Shown here: positions 8,595-17,120 of the stretch, one piece after another
Position numbering within the stretch: the first letter of the stretch is position 1
How the letters are laid out: each line of letters opens with the position of its first letter
DNA from: a virus
Taxonomy: Duplodnaviria > Heunggongvirae > Uroviricota > Caudoviricetes
DNA: 49,376 bases
Virus record (IMG/VR): IMGVR_UViG_2909251562_000001
Direction: 5' to 3' (one strand)
The notes under the pieces: model-generated
The model's database searches: none
Told to the model about the DNA's origin: nothing
Seen by the model: the letters and a program-made list of their open reading frames with translations, nothing else
Translations under genes and position numbers: made by a program

Positions 8595-9341
8595 ATGAAA
8601 AATATCGCGGCAGGTGGTGTTCTTGAGCGTATCCGTAAGCTGACCCCGCAGCATGTAATCGCGCCGTACCGGACAGTGGACGAGTGGCGCGAGTGGCAAC
8701 TGGCAGAAGGGCGAAAACGTAGCGAGGAGATCAACCGCCAGAATCGCCAGTTGCGGGTGGAAAAAATCCTGAATCGTTCGGGCATCCAGCCTCTGCACAG
8801 CAAATGCTCGTTTGCGAATTATCAGGTGCAGAACGACGGGCAAAAACACGCGCTGAGCCAGGCAAAATCCATCGCTGACGAACTGATGACCGGGTGCACG
8901 AATTTTGTGTTCAGCGGTAAGCCGGGTACCGGAAAGAACCACCTTGCAGCCGCCATTGGCAATCATCTTCTGGCGAAAGGTCGCAGCGTGATTGTGATAA
9001 CGGTGGCTGATGTGATGCTGGCGTTACACAACAGCTACGACAACAAAAACTCAGGCGAAAAATTTTTACAGGGGTTGTGTGATGTTGACCTGCTTGTCCT
9101 GGATGAAATCGGAATGCAGCGGGATACGCGCAACGAGCAGGTCACGCTGAACCAGATAGTCGACCGCAGAACGGCTTCGATGCGTAGTGTCGGAATGCTG
9201 ACGAACCTTAACCACGTAGCGATGAGTACGCTTCTTGGCGAGCGTGTAATGGACCGCATGGTCATGAACGGTGGTCGCTGGGTGAATTTTAACTGGGAGA
9301 GCTGGCGTTCGAATGTCAGACACCTGAGGGTTGTGAAGTAA
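8595..9341 (+). CDS. DnaC-like helicase loader (IstB-type AAA+ ATPase)
   Basis: Walker A GKPGTGKNHLAAAIG and Walker B LLVLDEIG in a 248-aa protein. Confidence 0.85.
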   Translation: MKNIAAGGVLERIRKLTPQHVIAPYRTVDEWREWQLAEGRKRSEEINRQNRQLRVEKILNRSGIQPLHSKCSFANYQVQNDGQKHALSQAKSIADELMTGCTNFVFSGKPGTGKNHLAAAIGNHLLAKGRSVIVITVADVMLALHNSYDNKNSGEKFLQGLCDVDLLVLDEIGMQRDTRNEQVTLNQIVDRRTASMRSVGMLTNLNHVAMSTLLGERVMDRMVMNGGRWVNFNWESWRSNVRHLRVVK

Positions 9342-9355
9342 TTTCAGGAGGATTT

Positions 9356-9751
9356 ATGGCGAAACCTTTTTCTCTCGAACAGCGGGAAGAGCTGAAGGCA
9401 CGAATTATCGGGTTGGTACGCAAAAATGAACGCATGACGATGTCGCAGCTGGAGAGAGCGACAGGGGCAGGCTGGCACTCGGTCCGACGCTGCCTTGTGG
9501 ATGTGCTGGCTTGTGGCGATTTATACATGTCCGGGGAATACGGTGTTTTTGCATCAGAGCAGGCGTATCGCGTATGGCGTAAGACACCGGAGAAAAGAAC
9601 CGACCTGACACTGATTCGAAAGTTACCAGACGGAGAAATACGCCGCTACGACAGGAGCCAGAACATAATCTGTCGCGAGTGCCGGAAGAGTGAGGTTATG
9701 CAGCGAGTGCTGGCGTTTTATCAGGGTAATTTTCAGGAGGTGATGGCGTGA
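9356..9751 (+). CDS. hypothetical protein (possible winged-helix)
   Basis: 131-aa ORF, good coding context, overlaps the next gene by 4 nt. Confidence 0.55.
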   Translation: MAKPFSLEQREELKARIIGLVRKNERMTMSQLERATGAGWHSVRRCLVDVLACGDLYMSGEYGVFASEQAYRVWRKTPEKRTDLTLIRKLPDGEIRRYDRSQNIICRECRKSEVMQRVLAFYQGNFQEVMA

Positions 9752-10044
9752 GGGTGAGAGTCTATATCGCCGGTCCAATGACCGGGTATAAAAATTTCAA
9801 CCGTGAGGCGTTCCACAATGCGGAAGAGGAACTGAAACGGGAAGGGCATACCGTCTTAAACCCGGCAGTACTTCCGGACGGGCTGACACAGCCGCAGTAC
9901 ATGGATATCTGCATGGCGATGATTCGTTGCGTGGATGCGATTTACATGCTGCAAGGCTGGCAGCGGTCAGCAGGCGCTAAGGCGGAACTGGCGCTGGCGG
10001 AGAAGCTGGGGCATGCAGTTATTTTCCAGGAGGAGGTACAGTGA
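9748..10044 (+). CDS. DUF4406 / nucleoside 2-deoxyribosyltransferase-like protein
   Basis: 98 aa, MRVRVYIAGPMTGY N-terminus typical of this Rossmann-like family (recalled). Confidence 0.55.
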   Translation: MRVRVYIAGPMTGYKNFNREAFHNAEEELKREGHTVLNPAVLPDGLTQPQYMDICMAMIRCVDAIYMLQGWQRSAGAKAELALAEKLGHAVIFQEEVQ

Positions 10045-10325
10045 ATATCGACGCAACAATGACGATTGGTACGGCCCTCAATACGGGGCTGGCGCTTCTT
10101 GGTTGGTGCTACGTCATGTTCTGCTCATGGCGGTGGCTGTCACTGATGTTACTGAAAAAATGGAATAAACGCTGTAAACAGACGCAGCGGCAGAAGGCAA
10201 TGAATGCGTTTTTTGAGACCTTCGATATTGACAGTATGGAGCCAGGAGAGCCAGCTCGCGTGATTAGCAGAGGAGACGTTGTAATTCTTGTATACCGGAG
10301 TGAAGAGAAATATGAGCGAAATTAA
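10041..10325 (+). CDS. small membrane protein
   Basis: 94 aa with a hydrophobic segment (LALLGWCYVMFCSWRWLSLML); overlaps the previous gene by 4 nt. Confidence 0.5.
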   Translation: MNIDATMTIGTALNTGLALLGWCYVMFCSWRWLSLMLLKKWNKRCKQTQRQKAMNAFFETFDIDSMEPGEPARVISRGDVVILVYRSEEKYERN

Positions 10326-10424
10326 CTATCAGGCACTGCGTGAAGAAGAGAAAGCATAATCCAAATCTGAATAATTAAATTCAGCACTGTAAATAAAATT
10401 TAATCCTTAACCGGAGGAGTATCT

Positions 10425-10637
10425 ATGTTAAATACACAAAAAAACATTAACGCGGAAAAATATAACGAGTGGGTGAAAAAATTTTCTGAGCAGATTTTTA
10501 AAATTACTGGCGACGAGAATGCGGCAAAAAGTGAATTAGAACCATGGACACCTGAAGGAGCCAACCCAAATTATTGCTGGTGGGATGTTGATCCAGTTGA
10601 TGCTGCAAATGAAGCCATGAGTTACCACAACGATTAA
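10425..10637 (+). CDS. hypothetical small protein (AT-rich, first gene of the accessory island)
   Basis: 70 aa; GGAGGAG Shine-Dalgarno before the ATG; followed by a GC-rich stem-loop. Confidence 0.55.
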   Translation: MLNTQKNINAEKYNEWVKKFSEQIFKITGDENAAKSELEPWTPEGANPNYCWWDVDPVDAANEAMSYHND

Positions 10638-10646
10638 TGTCAGGAG

Positions 10647-10664
10647 GCCGCCCGAAAGGGCGGC
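10647..10664. terminator. GC-rich stem-loop between convergent genes
   Basis: GCCGCCC-GAAA-GGGCGGC (7-bp stem, GAAA loop) between the stops of 10425..10637 (+) and 10676..11230 (-). No clear U-tract on either strand. Confidence 0.35.
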
Positions 10665-10675
10665 TGTTCCGCTGT

Positions 10676-11230
10676 TCAATTATCTAAAATTGTGCTAAAT
10701 CTTTTTATTACCATTAAGAACGTTATAACAGTGATAAAAAAGGATGCATAGGATAAAAAGCTAACAATATATGCAGGTGCGCGAAAATACCATTTCATTA
10801 AATCTACTGCATTGTCAGGCAGGAAATATATTATCACTGAAAATATAACCAATACTATTGAAGTTAATATTGCATAAGCGACGTTGTGGCATAACTGCTC
10901 ATATATGGTTTTGTTAGTGTTTAATGATATCAATTTGTCTCGGGATTTGTTTCCTTCAATTATGTCTGATATCTTAGTGATGGTTTTTTGTTTTTGTTCA
11001 TAAATCATTATTACTGCACTCATTAATAGTGCTGTTGTAATAGCCCCGAAGTTAACGAAGACGGAAGCAATTGCCGGTTTCATTATTCCGTATGTCCAGC
11101 ACAGAACGAAAGAAAGAGATAACGGAACAATAAAATGTACGATAATGTCGCTCATCAACATTGTTCCACGCTGATCTGACATTGTTTTGTAGTGTTTTAT
11201 TATTACACCCAGCACATTTATTTTATTCAT
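10676..11230 (-). CDS. four-helix integral membrane protein (candidate effector of a two-gene module)
   Basis: 184 aa with four long hydrophobic segments. Its ATG overlaps the upstream gene's stop (ATGA). Very AT-rich. Confidence 0.7.
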   Translation of the reverse strand: MNKINVLGVIIKHYKTMSDQRGTMLMSDIIVHFIVPLSLSFVLCWTYGIMKPAIASVFVNFGAITTALLMSAVIMIYEQKQKTITKISDIIEGNKSRDKLISLNTNKTIYEQLCHNVAYAILTSIVLVIFSVIIYFLPDNAVDLMKWYFRAPAYIVSFLSYASFFITVITFLMVIKRFSTILDN

Positions 11231-12159
11231 ATAATCACCCCTTTGTTTCCGCTATGCAGTTCTAACAATATATCATTAGAAAGGTTTTTTATCGTGTCAT
11301 GAAGTGCTGTTAGATCAGGTATGCCTGTTAATGGGTCGATTTTTAAATCATTATCATCTAACTCTGCGGAAATTCCTTTTTTTAGTATGGTCTCATAATT
11401 GAAAACGACAGTCCGACTGCCGAGTTGTAAGCTTACTTTTATTGCATCACATTTATCTTCAATAATCTCAATGATGTTTCCTATATTCTTGTTTCTTAAA
11501 TCCCTGAAACTTCCGAACATGCCATTGTTTGCTTTTATTATTAAGTCTGTCTTGATGTTTGTTTTGTTTTGACCAAAGGAATCAGCAATGTCTTTTGGTG
11601 CTTTATATCCTTGAGCCTTAATTTGTTTTAATTCGGAATTGAGAATATATTGAGGGATTTTCTTATGATGTAATGGATTGATTCTTGCTTCGAGTTGAAA
11701 TTTGTTTTTTAGATATTCAGTGATAGAATCAGAAAGGACACCTCGAGCAGAAATATTATCGCAAGAGTGGAATGCAATAATTCCTTCTTCAAGGGTGTCT
11801 GGTAGGTATATTAAAATATAACGTTCTTTGAGTGTTACATCATAAGCAGTTGTCCTATAGTGGATTTTTTTGAGTTTTACATCTTTTATTTCACTGCTTT
11901 CTCCATATTTCCCAACTTTTATATAACCATATATAATTTTCTTTGAGTTATCAAAGTGAAGTTTAGCGTGTTGTTCCAGAGATATTTTAGTTTTGGATAC
12001 GCCAAACTCGATAGGGGTGTTTTTATATAGAGTAAAATAATCAACAAAAAGTTCATATGCCGTTTTTTTATTACTTAAACCCAATTCATTAAGTTTTTTG
12101 CTGGCTCGACTGCCTTTATGGGTCAATACGCGGAATGAATAGAAATTAACGCTGTGCAT
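11227..12159 (-). CDS. 310-aa protein of unknown function (candidate sensor/enzyme partner)
   Basis: Long AT-rich ORF, Lys/Ile/Asn-rich, no motif I can recognise by eye; translationally coupled to the downstream membrane protein. Confidence 0.7.
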   Translation of the reverse strand: MHSVNFYSFRVLTHKGSRASKKLNELGLSNKKTAYELFVDYFTLYKNTPIEFGVSKTKISLEQHAKLHFDNSKKIIYGYIKVGKYGESSEIKDVKLKKIHYRTTAYDVTLKERYILIYLPDTLEEGIIAFHSCDNISARGVLSDSITEYLKNKFQLEARINPLHHKKIPQYILNSELKQIKAQGYKAPKDIADSFGQNKTNIKTDLIIKANNGMFGSFRDLRNKNIGNIIEIIEDKCDAIKVSLQLGSRTVVFNYETILKKGISAELDDNDLKIDPLTGIPDLTALHDTIKNLSNDILLELHSGNKGVII

Positions 12160-12585
12160 GAAAAGTCCTTTTGAACATATAGGAGTATACTAGAACATAA
12201 ATAGATGCAATGCATAAAGGAAAAGCTACCGCAGGGCGAACTCACCCACCGATAACTCTTAACTGGTTGTTTGTAAAAGATAATACATAAATTTGGGTCT
12301 GTGTAAAGAGGTAAGCATCGTCAGGGCAAGGGAGATGTGTTAGGCAATATTGGTAAAATTTACGTTGAGGATAAAAACGGTTTGCGGGAAAAGGAGAGTT
12401 AAGTAGAATTGCTGCGGGTGCTTGAGGCTATCTGTCTCAGGCATGAACACCAAAAGGCAGATAGAGAAAAGCCCCAGTTAACATTACGCGTCCTGCAAGA
12501 CGCCTAACATTAATCTGAGGCCCAATCTATGTCTCACAAATGTAGGTTAGCCTCTTACGTGCCGAAAGGCAAGGAGAAGCAGGCT

Positions 12586-12741
12586 ATGAAGCAGCAAAAG
12601 GCGATGTTAATCGCCCTGATCGTCATCTGTTTAACCGTCATAGTGACGGCACTGGTAACGAGGAAAGACCTCTGCGAGGTACGAATCCGAACCGGCCAGA
12701 CGGAGGTCGCTGTCTTCACAGCTTACGAACCTGAGGAGTAA
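12586..12741 (+). CDS. hokD: Hok/Gef-family toxin (HokD/RelF-like)
   Basis: MKQQKAMLIALIVICLTVIVTALVTRKDLCEVRIRTGQTEVAVFTAYEPEE, 51 aa, matches the Hok family signature and E. coli RelF/HokD as recalled. Structured leader upstream. Confidence 0.85.
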   Translation: MKQQKAMLIALIVICLTVIVTALVTRKDLCEVRIRTGQTEVAVFTAYEPEE

Positions 12742-12808
12742 GAGACCAGGCGGGGGCGAAATCCCTCGCCACCTCTGATGTGTCAGGCATCCTCAACGCA
12801 CCCGCACT

Positions 12809-12831
12809 TAACCCGCTTCGGCGGGTTTTTT
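12809..12831 (+). terminator. rho-independent terminator (copy 1 of a 23-bp repeat)
   Basis: TAACCCGCTTCGGCGGGTTTTTT: hairpin plus T-run downstream of hok. Confidence 0.7.
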
Positions 12832-12832
12832 A

Positions 12833-12879
12833 TTGGTTGACAAAATTATGAATATGCACCAATATCTTGGTTGACAAAA
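12833..12879 (+). promoter_or_regulatory. tandem 13-bp direct repeats, each with a TTGACA -35 hexamer
   Basis: TTGGTTGACAAAA at 12833-12845 and again at 12867-12879, just upstream of the cassette's first gene. Confidence 0.4.
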
Positions 12880-12914
12880 GTCGTTTTTTGCACGGATTAG
12901 GCGGAGAAGTGTCT

Positions 12915-13508
12915 ATGCAGAACCATCCATTCCCTTGGGAGTTCTTTCCTGAGTTAACAGAGGAGCGTTTAACCATTATAGCTGAGGAGTTGCTCAGGAT
13001 ACAGGATATTACTCATGAGTTATTGTCATCGCCCTATGATGATAATTACACTCGTGGTGGTTGTACATTTGGGCGTCAGCGGCAGGCGTTGCTACAAATG
13101 TGCGTACGAAAGACATATGACTGGTTAAGACTACTTAATCCTGGCATGGATCTTACGTTTTCAATTGGGAATGTCCCTATTCGTTTCTTTACTGATGACG
13201 CAGATAACCCCAAGAAACGCGGTTTTTTCAAAAGAAATGATGCTGATCGACTCTTTGAGTCAGAGGAGACTACTCCAACTATGCATCGCTTTGTGGTTGA
13301 AAAGCCTGAATTTGAAGGCGAGGGTGGTAGAGTCATTTTTAATGGCTATAACGTGTTTGGTGAGATCGTGTCAACTTGGACATATGGTGCGGACCGTGTT
13401 GTTATGCTGAACTCTGTCGATGATGTACCTCCAGCACCGGTACCTATCGAACTAGAACCTATCAGTGCGTCTAAGACTGAGAAGGAAAAGAAACAAAATA
13501 GCAAATAG
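12915..13508 (+). CDS. 197-aa protein of unknown function (candidate toxin/effector)
   Basis: ATG 12915 preceded by GGCGGAG; no recognisable motif; 10 nt upstream of the XRE/ImmA gene. Confidence 0.6.
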   Translation: MQNHPFPWEFFPELTEERLTIIAEELLRIQDITHELLSSPYDDNYTRGGCTFGRQRQALLQMCVRKTYDWLRLLNPGMDLTFSIGNVPIRFFTDDADNPKKRGFFKRNDADRLFESEETTPTMHRFVVEKPEFEGEGGRVIFNGYNVFGEIVSTWTYGADRVVMLNSVDDVPPAPVPIELEPISASKTEKEKKQNSK

Positions 13509-13518
13509 TGGGTGAAAT

Positions 13519-14640
13519 GTGTTTAACGGTACTAATTTAAGACTTGCTCGTCTGTATCACGAGCTATCTCTGGAGCAGGTTGCTGAGAAGGTTGAAAAAA
13601 CACGCCAGTATGTACAGCGACTGGAGTCTGGTTCAGCTACTCCATCCCCAGAGCTTATAAATAAATTAGCCGAGGTTTTGCGCGTGAAGCCCGCCTTTTT
13701 CGAAGGGCAGGAACATTCTCCTGTTAATGAAGAGATTGTACATTTTCGTAAACGCGCCTCGACAAGGATGTCAACGAAGCTATCAACACTCGCTAAGGCT
13801 GAGTTTTATCGTCGTTTTATTGATGTATTTGAAGATAACCTTAATTTGTCACCTGTTCGATTTCCTGAATTTCGTGTCCATACACAAGAAGATATCGAGC
13901 GAGCGGCAGAAAAATGTCGTATTGAGTGGGGCTTAGGCTTTGGCCCAATTGAAAATATGACTCGCCTTGCCGAGAAACTTGGGGCGTTTGTTACTTCATT
14001 TGACTCCGTTTCGGATGAAGTAGATGCACTGTCTGTTCCTCTACGAAGGCCTTTTATTGTTCGAAATACAGCTAAAAATTCACCTTGTAGGCAACGCTTT
14101 GATATTGCTCATGAGGTTGCCCATTTGATTCTTCATGAAGGAATTTCTACTGGGGATAGATTAACTGAATCCCAGGCAAACCGTTTTGCCTCTGCTCTGT
14201 TGCTTCCCAGAACGTCGATGGCGAAATATTTTCCAAGACCTGTGGGGGGGAGGATAAATTGGCAGGGACTAAGCCAATTTAAGTTGACATGGAAAGTAAG
14301 TAAGGCTGCCATTGTTTACAGGGCTCATCAATTAGGACTTTTGACTGATGAGCAGTACAGAACTGCATTTATGGGGTTGAAACGGAAAGGGGAAGCTATT
14401 GATGAAAAAGAAGATTATCTAATCCCTCATGAGCGTCCTGAGTTATTCCGTCGGGCTTTATCGTTTTTATTTGAAGAGTTAGGATACGACCCACAGCGTA
14501 TAGCTGATGAAATGGATATAGAAGTGGACATTTTTTATGAGTTAGCAGGAGATGATCTTCCTGCGGTTCATGAACTGCCAGGAAGTGGTGATGTTGTTTC
14601 ACTACAATCTTACCGAACTCTTAGAGGCAAAATTCACTAG
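13519..14640 (+). CDS. XRE-family HTH fused to ImmA/IrrE-type zinc metallopeptidase (COG2856-like)
   Basis: N-terminal HTH (LSLEQVAEKVEKTRQYVQRLESG) and HEXXH motif HEVAHLILH in a 373-aa protein. Confidence 0.8.
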   Translation: MFNGTNLRLARLYHELSLEQVAEKVEKTRQYVQRLESGSATPSPELINKLAEVLRVKPAFFEGQEHSPVNEEIVHFRKRASTRMSTKLSTLAKAEFYRRFIDVFEDNLNLSPVRFPEFRVHTQEDIERAAEKCRIEWGLGFGPIENMTRLAEKLGAFVTSFDSVSDEVDALSVPLRRPFIVRNTAKNSPCRQRFDIAHEVAHLILHEGISTGDRLTESQANRFASALLLPRTSMAKYFPRPVGGRINWQGLSQFKLTWKVSKAAIVYRAHQLGLLTDEQYRTAFMGLKRKGEAIDEKEDYLIPHERPELFRRALSFLFEELGYDPQRIADEMDIEVDIFYELAGDDLPAVHELPGSGDVVSLQSYRTLRGKIH

Positions 14641-14643
14641 GCA

Positions 14644-14666
14644 TAACCCGCTTCGGCGGGTTTTTT
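14644..14666 (+). terminator. rho-independent terminator (copy 2 of the 23-bp repeat)
   Basis: Identical TAACCCGCTTCGGCGGGTTTTTT immediately after the XRE/ImmA gene. Confidence 0.7.
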
Positions 14667-14741
14667 GTTTTACGTATTCTGGTTTACAATCTACAGGCCA
14701 GCCTGAACAACTGGCACCTGCTGCGCCAGCAGAGAAAACCG

Positions 14742-15014
14742 ATGGCGCACAATACCAAACATCACAATTCTGATACCGACCTTGCCAGCTGGCACGGGCG
14801 GCGTTCTCATACATTCAAATATGACTGGTACCAGCATGCTCCATGCACTGAAGAACAGGCCGAATGGCTGATTCAGAACTACCGCAGGCGTGGGTACGAC
14901 TTTCAGAAAGACCTCAGCCCTGACTTCCGACACTGGATAATTTCTGTCAGGCTCCCTTATTCCGAACGCCCACCGCGTCCGTCCCGCACATTCCAGCAAC
15001 GCATCTGGAGGTAA
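14742..15014 (+). CDS. hypothetical small protein
   Basis: 90-aa ORF abutting the DUF968 gene (stop and start adjacent); start uncertain. Confidence 0.4.
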   Translation: MAHNTKHHNSDTDLASWHGRRSHTFKYDWYQHAPCTEEQAEWLIQNYRRRGYDFQKDLSPDFRHWIISVRLPYSERPPRPSRTFQQRIWR

Positions 15015-15015
15015 C

Positions 15016-16062
15016 GTGCGGGTATTACTTCGACCTGTTCTGGTGCCGGAACTTGGGGTGGTTATCGTTAAGCCAGGTCGTGAATCCATGCAGGTATTCC
15101 ATAACGGCAGAGTGCTGGTTGAACCGGAGCCAAAAAGCATGCGCGGTCTGCCGTCCGGAGTCGTTCCTGCTGTTCGCCAGCCGCTGGCGGAGGATAAATC
15201 ATTACTGCCATTTTTCAGCGATGAGCGGGTGATTCGTGCTGCTGGTGGTGCTGGTGCATTGTCTGACTGGCTGTTACGCCACGTTAAATCCTGCCAGTGG
15301 CCTCATGGTGACTATCATCACAGTGAAACCGTCATACATCGTTATGGTACCGGCGCAATGGTGTTGTGCTGGCACTGCGACAACCAGCTGCGTGACCAGA
15401 CATCCGAATCACTCGAGCAACTTGCTCATCAAAACCTGTCAGCATGGATGATTGACGTCATACGCCATGCAATGAATGGCACGCAGGAGCGGGAATTATC
15501 GCTGGCTGAATTATCTTGGTGGGCAACCATAAATAACGTAGCGGACGCACTACCGGAGACGGTATTACGTCGTTCGCTGGGATTGCGCGCGGAAAAAATT
15601 CGCTCAGTATACCGCGAGAGCGACATCGTGCCGGGAGAGCAGACTGCCACCAGCATACTGAAGCAGCGCACAAAAAATCTTGCGCCGCTGCCTCACGCCC
15701 ACCAGCAAAACCCGCCACAGGAAAAGACGGTGGTCAGCATTGCTGTTGATCCGGAGTCTCCGGAATCTTTCATGAAACGACCTAAACGTCGCCGCTGGGT
15801 TAACGAGAAATACACACGCTGGGTGAAGACACAGCCGTGTGCGTGTTGTGGTAAGCCAGCCGACGATCCCCATCACCTGATTGGTCATGGTCAGGGCGGA
15901 ATGGGGACAAAATCTCACGATATTTTTACGCTACCGCTGTGTCGGGAGCATCACAACGAGCTTCATGCGGATCCGCTGGCGTTCGAAGAAAAGCATGGTT
16001 CTCAGGTTGATTTAATTTTTCGTTTTCTTGATCACGCCTTTGCAACTGGCGTGCTTGGGTAA
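15016..16062 (+). CDS. DUF968-family phage protein with C-terminal Cys/His (HNH-like) motif
   Basis: 348 aa; C-terminal CACCGKPADDPHHLIGHG...CREHHNELH; resembles Qin YdfU-type proteins (recalled). Confidence 0.65.
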   Translation: MRVLLRPVLVPELGVVIVKPGRESMQVFHNGRVLVEPEPKSMRGLPSGVVPAVRQPLAEDKSLLPFFSDERVIRAAGGAGALSDWLLRHVKSCQWPHGDYHHSETVIHRYGTGAMVLCWHCDNQLRDQTSESLEQLAHQNLSAWMIDVIRHAMNGTQERELSLAELSWWATINNVADALPETVLRRSLGLRAEKIRSVYRESDIVPGEQTATSILKQRTKNLAPLPHAHQQNPPQEKTVVSIAVDPESPESFMKRPKRRRWVNEKYTRWVKTQPCACCGKPADDPHHLIGHGQGGMGTKSHDIFTLPLCREHHNELHADPLAFEEKHGSQVDLIFRFLDHAFATGVLG

Positions 16063-16074
16063 AAGAGGTGACTG

Positions 16075-16434
16075 ATGCTCATAGATTTGGTTTTACCTTA
16101 CCCGCCGACGGTGAACACTTACTGGCGACGCCGTGGCAGCACATATTTTATCTCGGAGGAGGGAAAGCGTTATCGCCGTGATGTGGCGCTTATTGTTCGC
16201 CAGCAGCGACTGAAATTAAAGCTGTCCGGACGGCTGGCGATAAAGGTGATTGCAGAGCCACCGGATAAACGTCGTCGTGACCTGGACAATATCCTGAAAG
16301 CACCACTGGATGCACTGACACATGCGGGGTTGCTTATCGACGACGAGCAGTTTGATGAAATCAATATTGTGCGCGGTCAGCTCGTTCCTGGTGGGCGACT
16401 GGGGATAAAAATCACAGAATTGGGGTGCGCATGA
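16075..16434 (+). CDS. rusA: RusA-family Holliday junction resolvase
   Basis: 119 aa, MLIDLVLPYPPTVNTYW N-terminus and conserved acidic residues (RRDLDNILKAPLDAL). Confidence 0.85.
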   Translation: MLIDLVLPYPPTVNTYWRRRGSTYFISEEGKRYRRDVALIVRQQRLKLKLSGRLAIKVIAEPPDKRRRDLDNILKAPLDALTHAGLLIDDEQFDEINIVRGQLVPGGRLGIKITELGCA

Positions 16435-17120
16435 ATAACCAGTATTTACAGTTTGTGCGTGAGCAGCTCATTATCGCCACCGCTGATTTGAGTGGGGCAA
16501 CAAAAGGTCAGCTTGAAGCCTGGCAGGAGAATGCCATGTTTGATACAGGGCGTTACAGGCGTAAAAAAATCCGGTACCGAGATGAAGTGACCGGAAAAAT
16601 GATTACGCGGGATAATCCACCAATCCCGGGGAAACAATCGCTGGCGAAGGGGACGTCAATTCCTCTGGTCAGTCCGGTTGAGTTTTCGACATCATCGTGG
16701 CGGCGGGCTGTTCTGTCTCTTGAAGAACATCATAAAGCCTGGTTGTTATGGTGTTACAGCGGGAGTATTTGTTGGGAATATCAGATCGCGATAACACAGT
16801 GGGCGTGGAATGAATTTAATACTCAATCCGGTACCAGAAAAATTGCAGGGAAAACGCAGGAACGCCTGAAAAAATTAATCTGGCTGGCGGCGCAGGCAGT
16901 AAAAGCAGAACTTTTTGGTGGGGAAGGTTATGAATACCAGGAGCTGGCATTACTGGCGGGAGTGACAACTAAAAACTGGTCCAAAACATTTACTCGTCAC
17001 TGGGTTGCAATGAAACACATTTTTCACCGACTGGATAGTGAGGCTTTATTGTTTGTAATGAGAACACGTTCAAAACAAAAGGCGGCATTTTCAAAGCAAA
17101 GTGTTGCAAAAGTAGATTGA
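16425..17120 (+). CDS. late-gene antiterminator Q-like protein
   Basis: 231 aa, overlaps the rusA stop; positioned just upstream of a terminator and the lysis genes. Confidence 0.65.
   Translation: MRMNNQYLQFVREQLIIATADLSGATKGQLEAWQENAMFDTGRYRRKKIRYRDEVTGKMITRDNPPIPGKQSLAKGTSIPLVSPVEFSTSSWRRAVLSLEEHHKAWLLWCYSGSICWEYQIAITQWAWNEFNTQSGTRKIAGKTQERLKKLIWLAAQAVKAELFGGEGYEYQELALLAGVTTKNWSKTFTRHWVAMKHIFHRLDSEALLFVMRTRSKQKAAFSKQSVAKVD

Noticed and set aside
12529-12585. In-frame N-terminal extension of hok (MSHKCRLASYVPKGKEKQA)
   Set aside because: Hok-family toxins are about 50 aa and start at MKQQKAM; the extension lies in the regulatory leader.
14691-15140. 149-aa minus-strand ORF overlapping the start of the DUF968 gene
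   Set aside because: Antisense to tightly packed plus-strand genes; no start context and Pro/Arg/Gly-rich composition typical of antisense frames.
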